From Octopus vulgaris (Eukaryota), in contig OX597825.1 in NCBI GenBank assembly GCA_951406725.2, positions 30,070,001-30,134,000 of the forward strand: 64,000 nucleotides of DNA. The letters run 5' to 3'. The notes beneath the pieces were generated by a model that did not search any database, was not told the origin of the DNA, and saw only the letters and a list, made by a program, of their open reading frames with translations. Position numbers and translations under genes: made by a program. This document shows, one piece after another, positions 1 through 13,371 of the stretch; the stretch's first letter is position 1, and each line of letters starts with the position of its first letter.

Positions 1-399
1 TGTAATACTTGTTTGAAATTTAAAACTTCAAGAAAAGACTGAAAGAAAATTATGCCAAAATTTGTGAATCTTCTGTTGTATATTATATTTAATATTCTAC
101 AAAAATGGATATTTCCTAGTCAATCTTATTAGTTATTTAGATAAACTGTAATGTTTCTTTTCTTTCATGGCATTATTTCCAGAATTATACTTCATGTGAA
201 ATCTTGTTGAATTAGGTAGCTGTATGCATTGCATTAAGGTTTTGCATATTCTCAGACCATGCTATTTCTGCCATACAATAACTTCAGATAATTATTATGT
301 ATGTATCCATGTATTTAAAATTGTTCAGCTTATCCAACAAAAGGCATGTTTCTGATATATGTGCATGTGTCTGTGTGTGTGTTTGTCTGTGTGTGTTTG

Positions 400-840
400 T
401 ATGTGTGTGTGCACGCATGTGTGTATGTACATACTTGTATATGCATGTGTGTATGTGAATATGCGTATATATGTATGTATACATATTTGTAGTATAATAT
501 ATGGATTCATAGAATCTATATACAAATATGTGTCTGTATATATATGTAAATATATATATATGTATGTATATATATGTATTCATACATGTATATGTGTGTG
601 TATGTGTGTGTGTATATAAATACTTGTATATGCATGTGTGTATGTGAATGTGTGTATATATATATATGCATACATATTGTAGTATAATATATGGATTCAT
701 AGAATCTATATACAAATATGTGTCTGTATATATATATGTAAATATATATATGTATGTATATATATGTATTCATACATGTATATGTGTGTGTGTACGCGTG
801 TGTGTATATAAATACTTGTATATGCATGTGTGTATGTGAA

Positions 841-870
<30 letters not shown>
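400..870. repeat. ~190-bp tandem duplication built from TA/TG microsatellite
   Basis: Unique core gtagtataatatatggattcatagaatc at ~489 and ~679. tacttgtatatgcatg occurs 3 times. Confidence 0.8.
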
Positions 871-871
<1 letters not shown>

Positions 872-914
872 TCATATATGTAGATATGTGTTAGTGTGTG
901 TGTGTCTGGGTATG

Positions 915-953
<39 letters not shown>

Positions 954-1187
954 CATATATATATTCATACATAAATATATATGCACACATATATGTAAAT
1001 ATATATATATAAATACATACATATATATGCATATACACACACGCACACACACATATATATATGTGCAGCTTGTTGCCTTTGTCAGACAATCTGACGAAGG
1101 CAAGAAAGCAAAAATTTAATGAATCTAAAAATTATTATGTAATCCTTCAGTTTAATATTAAATATATATAAACACAAACATACTCGT

Positions 1188-1238
<51 letters not shown>

Positions 1239-1460
1239 GTATATATAGTTGAAATTTACAGAAAAACAAAAGACAAACACAGGTGTATGAATAACAAGCG
1301 GGTGTATTTGTTTAACACTTGGGAAAGTGGAGGAGTCATTTATGTTTCAAACCTATGCTCCTCAACAGAGAGGAATAAAAGAAAATAAACAGGGAGTGTA
1401 TATATATATATATATATTCATATATGTAGATATGTGTTAGTGTGTGTGTGTCTGGGTATG

Positions 1461-1497
<37 letters not shown>

Positions 1498-1529
1498 CAT
1501 ATATATATTCATACATATATATATATATT

Positions 1530-1720
1530 CGCCATGATAGATCACTAGCCACTACACATTCTTTATTTTCTCTCCTTGTTTCTTTCTGTGTTCCTTTCTG
1601 TGGAAGAGCGTAGGCTCGAAATGTTAAAGACTTTTTCACTTCCTGAGCGTTATACTAATACATCTGTTTGTTGTCTACACCACCTGTCTTTGTCTTTTGT
1701 TTTTTGGTGAATTCTCCGTC
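1530..1720 (+). mobile_element. ~190-bp (TA)n-embedded repeat with a hammerhead-like remnant (other copies 1250-1395 and 39704-39897, both opposite strand)
   Basis: ctgtggaa-gagc-gtag-gctc-gaaa. Three homologous copies, all flanked by TA runs. Confidence 0.6.
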
Positions 1721-1754
<34 letters not shown>

Positions 1755-2402
1755 CACACATATGCACGTCTGTGTTTATGTGTGTGTACCTTTATTGTAG
1801 AAGATTAAATTTATGCTATTCCTGCCAATATAAAATGTAGAACAACTATGTCCAAAGTCTACTTACCTTTGGTAGGAGGTGTCCACTGGAAAACGTAAGT
1901 TAAATGGTATTTTGTATTCCGACCATTTACAGAATACACATAAAAAATAAAAAAGTTTTTGTTATATTCCTTGGTTCAGTATTTTATGTTTATTTATTAT
2001 TTTTTTCATTTCCACAATGGTCAATTCTTCTTCTCAGTACTAAGAAAACCTTATAAATAGGAGGGTGTATGGTTATTTGAATTCACTGTAGTATTATATT
2101 GGTAATGACGGAAAGTCAGACAAACTGTCTAATACCATTTTCATTTGATTAAATATCTAAATATCTAAGATTAGTTTTTGGTAATAAGATTATAATTTTT
2201 CAGACTATTAGCTTCCTTTTTAGAGATTACAATTTTTTTTTATAAATATTTATTTGTTCTTTTTTATTTTCATTTATTTTTTTATTTCATTTTATTTATT
2301 TATTTTTTGTCAGAATTTACTTCTACACTTCATTTCATTGTCATTGGATATCTTATTCCAGGACTGGTACATAGAACCAAACTGGATTTGAAACCATCAT
2401 CA

Positions 2403-2441
<39 letters not shown>

Positions 2442-3019
2442 TATCATCATCATCAGCATCATCACATGTCATCCGTTCTCAGCAGATTGAATATCAAGAA
2501 TCTCCACTTTTGGTTTTTTTTTCTCTGCCAATTCTTACACATTCACTGCATGACATTTAAGTCCAATCTTTAATGTTATCAAACCAGCTTGTTCTTGCTC
2601 TTCCTTTTCTTTTTATCTATCTTTCCTCCTAGTGACAGTACTTCTATATCTTGTGCTCTTATTATGTAACCAAAGTACTTTATTTACCTTTTTTTAATAG
2701 TTTAGAGTGATGATTCTTTTGTATTTGTTAGCCGTAGCACTTAGTGTTATGTTTTGTTCAACATATTCTAAATATTCTTCTGCATGTCCACATCTAAAAT
2801 TCTTTAGTGTATCAGATAAGGTTTCCGTCAGTGTTCACATTTTAGTACCTTATTATATTGTGGACCATATGTAATAATTATACAGCATTTCTTTTTTCTT
2901 ATTATTGTATGAATGTTTCTTGATGTTAAAGCTTTTGACAAGTTTCAGAATAGTAATCTACAATTTTAAACAAAGAGTAACAACACAGATACTTAACTTT
3001 ATAACCTCTTTTTATTATT

Positions 3020-3450
3020 CTTTTCTACTCTTGGCACAAGGCCCAAAATTTTTGGGGAGGGGGGGCCAATCGATTAGATTGACTCCAGTACACGACTGGT
3101 ACTTAATTTATCGACCCTGAAAGGATGAAAGGTAAAGTTGACCTTGGCTGAATTTCAACTCAGAACGTAAAGACAGACAAAATACCACTAAGTATTATGT
3201 TTGGTGTGCAACGTTTCTTATTTCTTTATTGCCCACAAAGGGAAAACATAGAGGGGACAGACAAGGACAGGCAAATGGATTAAGTCAATTACATCGACCC
3301 CAGTGCGTAACTGGTGCTTGATTTATTAACGCCAAAAGGATGAAAGGCAAAGTCGATTTTGGCGGAATTTGAACTCAGAACGTAATGGCAGATGAAATAC
3401 CACTAAGCATTTCACCCAGCATGCTAACATTTCTGCCAGCTCACTACCTT
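3020..3450 (-). mobile_element. Two nested SINE family D copies (Nin/Deu-like core gtcgactttgcctttcatcc..aagtacc)
   Basis: Core motif seen twice on -. Related copies at 3473-3690 (+), 3985-4265 (-), 7650-7885 (+), 25065-25190 (+), 41600-41820 (-) and 58655-58865 (-). Confidence 0.75.
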
Positions 3451-4275
3451 CCTCTTTTTATTATCATTGAAGTAAGGTGGTGAGCTGGTAAGATCGTTAA
3501 CATGCAGGACAAATGCTTAGGGGAATTTCTCCAGGTTTTACATTCTGAGTTCAAATTCTGTCAAAATCGACTTTACATGTTATCCGTTTGGGGTTAATAT
3601 AATAAATACAAGTTGTGCACTGATGTTGATATAACCAACTGGCCCCTTTCCCCAAAAGTTCAGGCCCTGTCCCTAGGGTAGAAATAAATAAATTAGTCAA
3701 CTAGTTCAGTAATTAAACAATTAACTAGTAGATAACTTGCCTAACGTTTGTTATCAGCCAATCAGTTGGCTTATTAGAGTCTGTTCCCCACCACTTGCAA
3801 TCTCCTCAGTAGAATACCCTCATTGCTTCAAATCCATCATGATGCATCTAAACATTAATAGCAGGTCATTGATGAGATCACAAATGGCAATGGAAGTGTT
3901 CTAACAAATCAAAGAATTTATTGGCTGACCAAAAGTTCACTCAAGCCATCAATTAGTTATTTTATTAATTCCTTACTAGTGATGTTGGTTTCAAATTTTG
4001 GCACAAGGCCAACAGTTGTAGGGGAAGGGGTATGTTAACTACTTTGACCTCCGCATACAACTGGTATTTATTTTATCGACCCTAAAAAGATAAAAGGCAA
4101 AGTCGACCTTGGTGGCATTTGAACTCAGACCATGAAGATGGACAAAATGCTACTAATAATTTTGCCCAGCATTCCAATGGTGACTCCTAAAGGTCCCAGA
4201 CGGTGCTCTACTCTTACACCTACAGAGCAGGAGAGATTCCAATGATTCTGCTAGCTCTCTGCCTTAGTTGGCAAA

Positions 4276-4664
4276 TCTATATATATAAAGCTGAAGTTGT
4301 CTGTGTATGGCAGGTTTGGTAGCCTTCAACTAACACTATCTCCTCTGAGACCCTGTGGCGCAAGTTGGCCAAAATTGAGAGTATGATAGAAGAAGGCTTG
4401 CTTTTCCTTCCGTAGAAAAAAACTTCAAATCGAACTATGTTAACACCAAAAATTATTTACATCAAAAAGGTGCTTTTTTTCTATGAAAATCCCTATTTCT
4501 TACGATCTTTTGACTGCTGTGTTGCCATTTTATGGTGTATTTCAACCAGAAAAATGTTCGCTTAAAGAGAATAACAAGTTACATAATGCAAAGTTTTTAC
4601 TTTTCAAAAATTCCAATTCTGAAGGGTTGAAACAAACCCAAGCAACGCCGGGCGATACTGTTAG
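4276..4664 (+). mobile_element. Non-autonomous Helitron
   Basis: 5' TCtatatatataaag. 3' gcaacgccgggcgatactgTTAG (CTAG variant). Inserted between A4275 and T4665 with no TSD. Confidence 0.75.
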
Positions 4665-5254
4665 TAATTGTAAAAAGTAAGTGGTTTTTTTTTTTATTAA
4701 TGTCATCGCCTCTCTCTCGTTAAGACCACATATGTTACAACACACAATTTCAAATCAAAATTCTTCCAAAACAAATATAAAATGAAAAACATTGTTAGCT
4801 TTGGTTTAGAAATAGATGCCCCAAGTTTTAATCCAGTCTGCTATTATATACATATATCCAAGAATAAGTTATTCACTAACACTTGAAACATAGTGTAGAA
4901 GTAAATATAATTTTTTTTTTATATAGCTAAAAGGTAAGATTAACAGTCTGAAATGTATTACTGTCTTATTATTTTATTTTCTTCCTCTAAACTGAGATTT
5001 GTCTGGAGTAGACATTGTATTCTATTTTTTATACATTTATTTTTTATGTTTTCTTTTCTCATTGCTTTTCTTTAAATTTTTGCTTTTTGTTATTTTATTC
5101 TGGAGAGCAGGATCAGTTCTCTTGCTCGTTCTTAGTTCTACCCGATCTGGTGAAGTTGAGAGTGTGGTAGATGAAGAAGTAATGGAAGAGACACAATTAT
5201 AGCAGGAACCATGTACATATATATGCGTAATGTGTGTGTGTGTGTGTGTGTGTA

Positions 5255-5955
5255 AGAATAGCCTGGGCAAAGTTCAGAGAGCTCTTTCCTCTGCTAGTGA
5301 TAAAGGTCCTCTCACTCAGAGTAAAAGGTAGACTGTATGACGCATGTGTACGAGCAGCCATGCTACATGGCAGTGAAACATGGGCTGTGACTGCTGAGGA
5401 CATGCATAAGCTCACAAGGAATGAAGCCAGTATGATCCGATGGATGTGTACTGTCAGTGTGCATACTCAACAGAGTGTAAGTACCTTGAGAGAAAAGTTG
5501 GATCTAAGAAGCATCAGATGTGGTGTGCAAGAGAGACGACTGTGCTGGCATAGTCATGTGGCAAGAATGGATGAGGATAGCTATGTGAAAAAGTGCCACA
5601 CCCTAACGGTTGAGGGATCCTGTGGAAGAGGTAGACCCAGGAAGACCTGGGATGAAGTGGGGAAGCATGACCTTCGAACATTAGGCCACACCGAGGCAAT
5701 GACTAGGGACCGAGACTTTTGGAAATATGGTGTGCTTGAGAAGACACGGCAAGCCAAATGAGACCATAACCACGGGGCCTATGCCAGGAGTGTAACCAGC
5801 CCACTTATGCATACCTTTCCTTCACTGGACACTAAACTCTGCTTTCAAAGACCTGTTGAGTCAAGTGAAATCGAAATCGAAATCAAATTTGATGACTGGC
5901 ATCTGTGTTAGTGGAGTGCTAAGAGCACCATCCAAGCATGAAAGTTGCCAGAGCA
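5255..5955 (+). mobile_element. RTE LINE 3' fragment (same family as the 13-16 kb copy)
   Basis: RIAWAKFRELFPLL..GRGRPRKTWDEV is nearly identical to the ORF at 13972-14481. Starts right after (TG)n. Confidence 0.92.
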
Positions 5956-6607
5956 GTAAAAGGTAAAGTAGATGGCTCAAAGGACTAGAAATATTGTAGT
6001 AGTTGTGAGAAAGACAGATGAAAGATACGTACAGTATATCAGTGTACAAATAGCAGCATGTTTGTGAAGGTTTGCCAGTTACCTGGAGAGGCTTTTGTGA
6101 ATGCAATTGAGAATGTTTTGCTAATGTAGCAAGGTCTAAAATAAAAATAACAACTTTGTACTAGAAGAAGTTCACTGGTCTTTAAATCTGCAATCTCTTG
6201 ATAGGGAGTAAAATCAATGCCATGTTAATCTTTAATCTGTGGGAATTCGACATTCTATTCAAATCTTTCTTCTAATGCATGCATTGAATGATCTTCATAA
6301 TGTTAAAGATTTCAATTATGTCTTTAATTATGTTCCATTGTTGTGATTGTTAAAAGTATAACCTTCAAACATATCTCATGACATCCTGGCTGATATAATA
6401 TGTTTTAGAATCTCTTTTACCCTCCTGATAAAAGTGACATTCTTTCTAAATTTGACACAAGGCCAGCAATTTTGACAGCATTTGCAAGTCGATTAAATCA
6501 ATCCTAGTGCTCAGTTGATACTTATTTTATTAATCTTCCAAAAGGAGGAAAAGTGAAGTAGATCTTGATTGAATTTGAACTGAGAATGTAAAGATCTTGA
6601 AGATCTA

Positions 6608-7013
6608 GGCACAGGAGTGGCTGTGTGGTAAGTAGCTTGCTTACCAACCACATGATTCCAGGTTCAGTTCTACTGCATAGCACTTTGTGCAAGTGTCTTC
6701 TATTATAGCCTTGGGCCGACCAAAGCCTTGTGAATGGATTTGGAAGATGGAAACTGAAAGAAGCCCGTCGTATATATGTATATATATATGTATGTATATG
6801 TTTGTGTGTCTGTGTTTGTCCCCCCAGCATTGCTTGACAACCAATGGTGGTGTGTTTACATCCCTGTAACTTGGCAGTTCGGCAAAAAAGACTGATAGAA
6901 TAAGTACTAGGCTTACAAAGAATAAGTTCTGGGGTCGATTTGCTTGACTAAAGGCAGTGCTCCAGAATGGCCACAATCAAATGACTGAAACAAGTAAAAG
7001 AGTAAAAGAGTAA
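6608..7013 (+). mobile_element. tRNA-derived SINE family A (internal TA/TG microsatellite)
   Basis: Head ggagtggctgtgtggtaag..ggttcagt. Tail tgactgaaacaagtaaaagag. At least 8 similar copies in the window. Confidence 0.85.
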
Positions 7014-7649
7014 ATGCTTCTAGGCTTTTTATCCAATGCACTGACAATGCCACCAGCTCATCATGGCATGGGAAAAAATAGGCTCAGAAGAGGCGGGGGC
7101 GAGGGACGTTATACACATGTAGAAGGATTGTAGTGGGATTTCAAATCACACCAAAGGCGACTTTGCCTTTCATTGTTCCAGTGACTGAAATATAAAGTAC
7201 CAGTTTAGGGCAGTGGATGGTGGGCAGATCTATTAGAGTACAGGCAAAATGATTTCTGGGATTTGTTCCTGCTCTTTACATTCTGATTTAGGAAACTTGT
7301 CTGGATCATACTGACAGTATGGCATCTTGTAAGGTGCCTTGTTAAAGAAATAAGTGAAGGAAGGCAATGGAAACCATCTCCGTATTCTTTTATGAAAATT
7401 CCATAACACCCAGCACTTGTCAACAGAGTCAACGCAAAGTTACTCTCTTACATGAGCGTGAAAGCATCACCATGGGGTTGCAAAACAAACCCCAAAATAA
7501 CACAACTATGTTCTGCATTAGAAATGTATAATTTCTGGGGGAAGGGGTTTTTTCTTCTTTCTTTTCTTTTTTTTCCGTTTTTTTCTTTTCCATCAGAGTC
7601 AGAAAAGTTTTACCCTCATTGATGTTAGAGATTGGAATCATTTCATCAT

Positions 7650-7885
7650 TTGGCAAGCTGGCAGAAACATTAGCACGCCAGGCGAAATGCTTAGCGGTAT
7701 TTCATATGCGGTTATGTTCTGAGTACAAATTCCCCCAAGGTCGACTTTGCCTTTCATCCTTTTGGGGGTTGATAAATTAAGTACCACTTATGCACTGGGG
7801 TCAATGTAATTGACTTAATTCCTTTTTGTCTGTACTTGTTTGTCCCCACTGTATTTAGCCCCTTGTGGGCAATAAAGAAATAAGA
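7650..7885 (+). mobile_element. SINE family D
   Basis: ggcaagctggcagaaacattagcacgcc..gtcgactttgcctttcatcc..aataaagaaataag. Confidence 0.75.
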
Positions 7886-7914
7886 AATGTATAATTTCCC
7901 AGCAATAGTTGTAG

Positions 7915-8082
7915 GGCTGTAGAGTTAAGGAGCTCACTTTGTAACCATGTGGTTCTGATTTCAGTCCCTCCACACAGCATTTTGGAAAAGTGTCTTCTAC
8001 AATAGCCCCAGGTTGAACAATGTCTTGTGAGTGAATTTGGTGGACAGAACCTGTGTGGTGGAAGCCCATTGTGTGTGTGTGT

Positions 8083-8144
<62 letters not shown>

Positions 8145-8380
8145 GAGAAAGAGAAACAGTGTCTTTGTGTTAGTTTTTGTCCCCACTCACTACTTGAAAG
8201 ATGGTGCTGGTTTGTTAACATTCCAGTAGCTCAGCAGTTTGGTATCAGATCAATTAAATATGAATCAGACTTGAGAAAAGAAACAAGTTCTGGCATCAGT
8301 TTGTTCAATTAAACCGCTCCAAGATGATGCCTCAGCATGGCGACAGTCAAAAATCTAAGACAACTAAAAAAGATAAAGAA
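7915..8380 (+). mobile_element. Diverged SINE family A copy with (GA)n
   Basis: aagtgtcttctacaatagcc..gtgaatttgg..cagcatggcgacagtcaa. Confidence 0.7.
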
Positions 8381-8860
8381 TATTAGATGTATTTACATTA
8401 TTTTATAAACACTTTCCTAAAAATAGTGGATTATTATACAGGAAACATAAACATCTTTTATAAAATTTCAATAAATAAATGCAAAAACACTTTGTAGAGG
8501 GAGGTAAAATCACTGACTGCTTCGGGTGGCACACACTCTAAACACAGCACTGGCACCAACATGGCAGAATGGCCACAGTCTTATGACTGAAATAAGTAAA
8601 AGATTGAAAATATAGAACCATCGTTAAAATACATGGCTGACTGCTGTTCCTGCAGCTGAAGGGGAAACAGTCACTTTTAGCTTTAAGCATGTTGAGGAAT
8701 TTGTAATCACATTAAACAATAAAGAGCATCTATATCTTTCTCCATACTCTTTTACTCTTTTACTTGTTTCAGTCATTTGACTGTGGCCATGCTGGAGCAA
8801 TTCATTTGTTATTCATTTCCATGAGATAGAGTTTTTAAAGTCACTGATACTCATGAATAG

Positions 8861-9151
8861 TGTGGTGTTAGCGGTGTTATGGGCTGTGATGAGCTATGTG
8901 GTGTTGGTGGAGAGGATTGCAGATGAGGTAAAAGAGAAGTGAAGACTGCAGGGGCCAGTGGAAGAGCCACAGGGGCATGCGTGGGCAGGAAGTACGTGTG
9001 GTCAGTTCGAGCAGAGATGGCAGCGAGCAAAAGATGTGTTTATTTCTTGAGAGTGATCGCTCCTTCCGCCGAGGCCAACAGGTAAGGCCCTTTGTATTTC
9101 TTTCTCTTGTTTGCTTCTTTTTCTGTTGTCCTTTTCCTCCTTCACACTACA
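8861..9151 (+). mobile_element. Solo LTR
   Basis: Ends TGtggtgt..acactaCA (7/8 inverted). 5-bp TSD aatag at 8856-60 and 9152-56. Orientation is tentative. Confidence 0.7.
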
Positions 9152-9592
9152 AATAGCATTATTTCATCCACCTTTTGGACATCACTAAAATGTTACAGCT
9201 GAATTGCTTTAACCAGTATTTTAGAAAATAAATATCTCTTTTAATCTGAAATACAAGAAAGAAAAATGGATTGACAGAACTGGACATGTTGTTCTTATAA
9301 GCTAAGCTAAGCAATTTGCAAACAGCACACTAAAGATTAGTTGCTTAAAATAATGCAGTAATTAATGACTATACTTAAAACTAATTAAAACTTTCTGAAT
9401 TTTGATTTAATAAAAATTTACAAAAATTCACTAAATTTCCTTTGATAATATTCTTAAATATCTTTAAATCTAGAGTAGTTTTGTTAAGTTTATCTTAATA
9501 AAATTCTCAGAAAACTTTTAATAAGCTCCCTTAAAAGTAATTTTTGTGAATGAGGGCAGTAAGGTTGTTGGTATGCAGGAGTTATTATCAAA

Positions 9593-10000
9593 GGCATATG
9601 AGTGATTGTGTGGTAAGTAGCTTGCTTACAAACCACATAGTTCTGGGTTCAGTCCCACTGCATAGCACCTTGGGCAAGTATCTTCTACTACAACGTCGGG
9701 CTAACCAAAGCCTTGTGAGTGTATTTGGTAGATGGAAACTGTAAGAAGCCTGTCGTATATATGTATATATATAGATGTGTGTATGTGTTTATGTGTCTGT
9801 GTTTGTCCCCCCCCCCCCCCAACATTGTTTGACAACTGTTGCTGGTGTGTTTACATCTCTGTAACTTAGCGGTTCAGCAAAAGAGACTGATAGAATAAGT
9901 ACTAGGCTTACAAAGAATACATCCTGGGGTCGATTTGCTCTATTAAAGGCAGTGATCCAGCATGGCCACAGTCAAATGACTGAAACAAGCAAAAGAGTAA
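9593..10000 (+). mobile_element. SINE family A
   Basis: Full-length similarity to 6608-7013. Confidence 0.85.
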
Positions 10001-10303
10001 ACCCTTGATACAGTTTTACTAACAATGAAAGATAGGATGTGTCAACTTATCCTGAAATAATTTCAAACTGTGTACAATGAAATCTGGAATGAATATTTAT
10101 ATAATTACACTATGTATAAGCAAGTTCAAACACAAAATATGCTAGTTGCTGCTGAGTAAGTCAAAGGAGTTCTCTTTTTTATAATGACAGTGCGTTCAAC
10201 ACACTCAACTCATTAGTGTAGAAGATTCTGGAACACTGGTGTTTCAACATGTTCCAGCTCATCAGTCAAAACACTGGAATCTAGCAAACCACTTGGTTCT
10301 TAT

Positions 10304-10707
10304 TCTCTTTGCTCTCTTTTACTTGTTTCAGTCATTTGACTGCGGCCATGCTGGAGCACCGCCTTTTAGTCGAGCACATCGACCCCAGAACTTATTCTTT
10401 GTAAGCCTAGTACTTATTTTATTGGTCTCTTTTACCGAACCGCTAAGTTACGGGGATCTAAACACACCAGCATCGGTTATCAGGTGATGTTGGGGGGACA
10501 AACATAGACACAAACACACACACATATATATATATAGATATATACGACAGGCTTCTTTTAGTTTCCGTCTACCAAATCCACTCACAAGGCTTTGGTCGGC
10601 CCGAGGCTATAGTAGAAGACACTTGCCCAAGGTGCCACGCAGTGGGACTGAACCCAGAACCATGTGGTAGGTAAGCAAGCTACTTACCACACAGCCACTC
10701 CTGCACC
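10304..10707 (-). mobile_element. SINE family A
   Basis: Reverse complement of family A. Confidence 0.85.
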
Positions 10708-11477
10708 TTGTCAATACTTTCAGCAAATTGTTTGCCGATTGGTGCTTCTACCTGCCAAAGTTTGCATAAGTAGTCAATGCACTCATGCTTTGTACAGGGA
10801 AATAATTTTTGCAGTATCAGATTTTTGCACACACTGATAACCAAGACTTAGAATCACCATCGCTTGGAGCCACTATCAGAGCATATTTTACACACATATT
10901 AGGTCTTCATACAGCACCTGTTTAACAGTTAAACAGCCATGATTATTATGTTGCTTTCTTAAAAGGCCATGCATATTTAACCTGTGTTTCTTCTGTAATT
11001 TTAAAATATCTTTGGTTATTGTATTTTTGTTATGTTCGTTAACAACTGCTTGCTAGAGAGTTATAGCTAGAAGGGAAGTAACTGCCACAAATTCGTTGAT
11101 CCAGCAACCAATAATTCTGTGCATGACAAATCTCTCACAATTATATTTTCACGTTTGTATTAAATCTTTCCAATATCTCTCAAATCATTCCCCCAAAACA
11201 AGAAGCTTGAGGATTTGGGATTGTTGCTTCAGAAATTAGAAAACCGTTTTGAAAGAGTGAGAAAAATGTTGCCAAAATTTACAGAAAATATCATAATATG
11301 AACTCTTGTACTGTGACTACTATGGATCTCATGATATACAGCATAGACGATGCTTGCAAGTTAGAGTAGGCACCCCTGATTGTAGCACTCTATCACAGAT
11401 CATAGCCAGTGGAGTGATGACTAAATGAACAGAGGAAATACCAAAAAGATTATCAAATGGAAATTGTAGTTAAGATA

Positions 11478-11783
11478 CTCATGCTGGTGACAGGTTAAAA
11501 GCAGTGTCCAAAAGTGGCAGATGCCAGCGCCGCCTGTCTGGCATCCGTGTCGGTGATACGTAAAAGTACCAACCGATCATGGCCATTTGCCAGCCTCCTC
11601 TGGCCCCTGTGCCAGTGGCACGCAAAAAGCACCCACTACACTCATGGAGTGGTTGGCGTTAGGAAGGGCATCCAGCTGTAGAAACACTGCCAGATCAGAC
11701 TGGAGCCTGGTGCAGCATCCTGGCTTCCCAGACCCCAGTCGAACCATCCAACCCATGCTAGCATGGAAAACGGACGTTAAACT

Positions 11784-11815
<32 letters not shown>
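11478..11815 (+). mobile_element. RTE 3'-UTR/tail-derived repeat (family E) with (GAT)n tail
   Basis: gagtggttggcgttaggaagggcatccagctg..ccatgctagcatggaaa..gatgatgat matches the LINE 3' end. Further copies at 12425-12630 (-), 43390-43750 (-), 60500-60760 (+) and 63230-63560 (+). Confidence 0.8.
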
Positions 11816-11816
<1 letters not shown>

Positions 11817-12768
11817 AAAACCATCTCCAGACAGCATCTTTCACAATCATAAACATCATCCAAGAAGAGGAAATATTTTTGCTGTCATACGATTAACAAA
11901 ATGGCTAAATTAGAATTACATCATAGATCCTGACATGAAGAAGTATTTCAGAATTAATAGAATATATGAAAATGACAAGGTATAATAAAAATATTTCTCA
12001 ATAATACAATATAAGTCAATTATTCAGAATTAAGTAGATTTTGTTAAGCTATTTTAGTCTAATTAAGAGTGTTCAAATCACTTTAAGTCTCTCAAATTAG
12101 ATTAAATTCTTAAGCACACTTACTTAATTTGTTTTCTTTATTTTATTTAGTATTTATTTGTTTTCTATTTATCCTGAAAGTGGTTTTTCATTTTTAATAA
12201 TTTTCTTTTAGGCACAGGAACGGCTGTGTTGTTAAGAAAAAATGTTAGCTTCTTGGCCACAAAGTTTTAGCTTCAGACCCACTGCACAACTGCAGAAGAC
12301 CAATATCTTGAGAAAGTGTCTTTTACCATAGACCTCACCTGACCAATGACTGGTAAGGGAATTTGGTAGAGAGGAACTGAAAGAAGCCCATCATATTTAC
12401 ACACACACACAAATACACACAAATATCATCCTCCTCCTCCTCATCATCATCATCATTTTAGCATCCATTTTCCATGGTGGCATGGATTGGATGGCTTGGC
12501 AGGAACTGTCCAACCAGGAAGGTGGCCAACCAGGGAGCTGCTCAGCCAGGGAGATGGCCAAACTCCATTTGCCAGTTGTGGTATGGTTTCTATGGCTGGA
12601 TGCCCTTCCTAATGCCAACCACTTCTACAGGTTCTCTCCATGGTTAAAGCTCAGCACTTCTTTATGCAGCTGTCCTCATCCATATGCATGTATGTACATA
12701 TATATATATACATATATGTATACACACATACATACATACATACATACATACATACATACATACATACA

Positions 12769-12804
<36 letters not shown>

Positions 12805-13371
12805 TATCTTGTTATATTTGAGGATGGTGATATTTTTTGCCAATTATGTTAATATATATATATACAGCAACAGGAGAGAAGACAAAAAGACAAAATAAAC
12901 TAGCAAAATGTTTACTGGATTTCTGGCTCTGCATAAGAAATGCTTTGCCTCATCAGTGGAATATACACAGATAGCAACATAAATACACATATATATACAT
13001 ATAACATATGAATACTTACATATACAAATGTATACGTACATATATATGCATGTATGCACATGACCAGTTTAAATTGCCTGCCTAAAACTGTCTTCTCTCT
13101 TGGTGCTGTATGAGCATTTAATGTGGTTTTAGAGTCAAGTTTTGGCTGCTATTTCCAGCGAAGATACCCTAAATTATAATTTATATATATATATATATCA
13201 TCATCATCATCATCATCGTTTAACGTCCGCTTTCCATGCTAGCATGGGTTGGACGGTTCAACTGGGGTCTGGGAAGCCCGAAGGCTGCACCAGGCCAGTC
13301 AGATGTGGCAGTGTTTCTACAGCTGGATGCCCTTCCTAACGCCAACCACTCCGAGAGTGTAGTGGGGGATT

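Noticed and set aside
284-1089. YI/TH/CV-rich ORFs here and throughout the window
   Set aside because: Translations of TA/CA/GATA/AAT microsatellites.
1801-1900. Possible exon ending at GTAAGT (1895)
   Set aside because: Acceptors are weak, and the longer version has stops in all frames. Cannot be supported.
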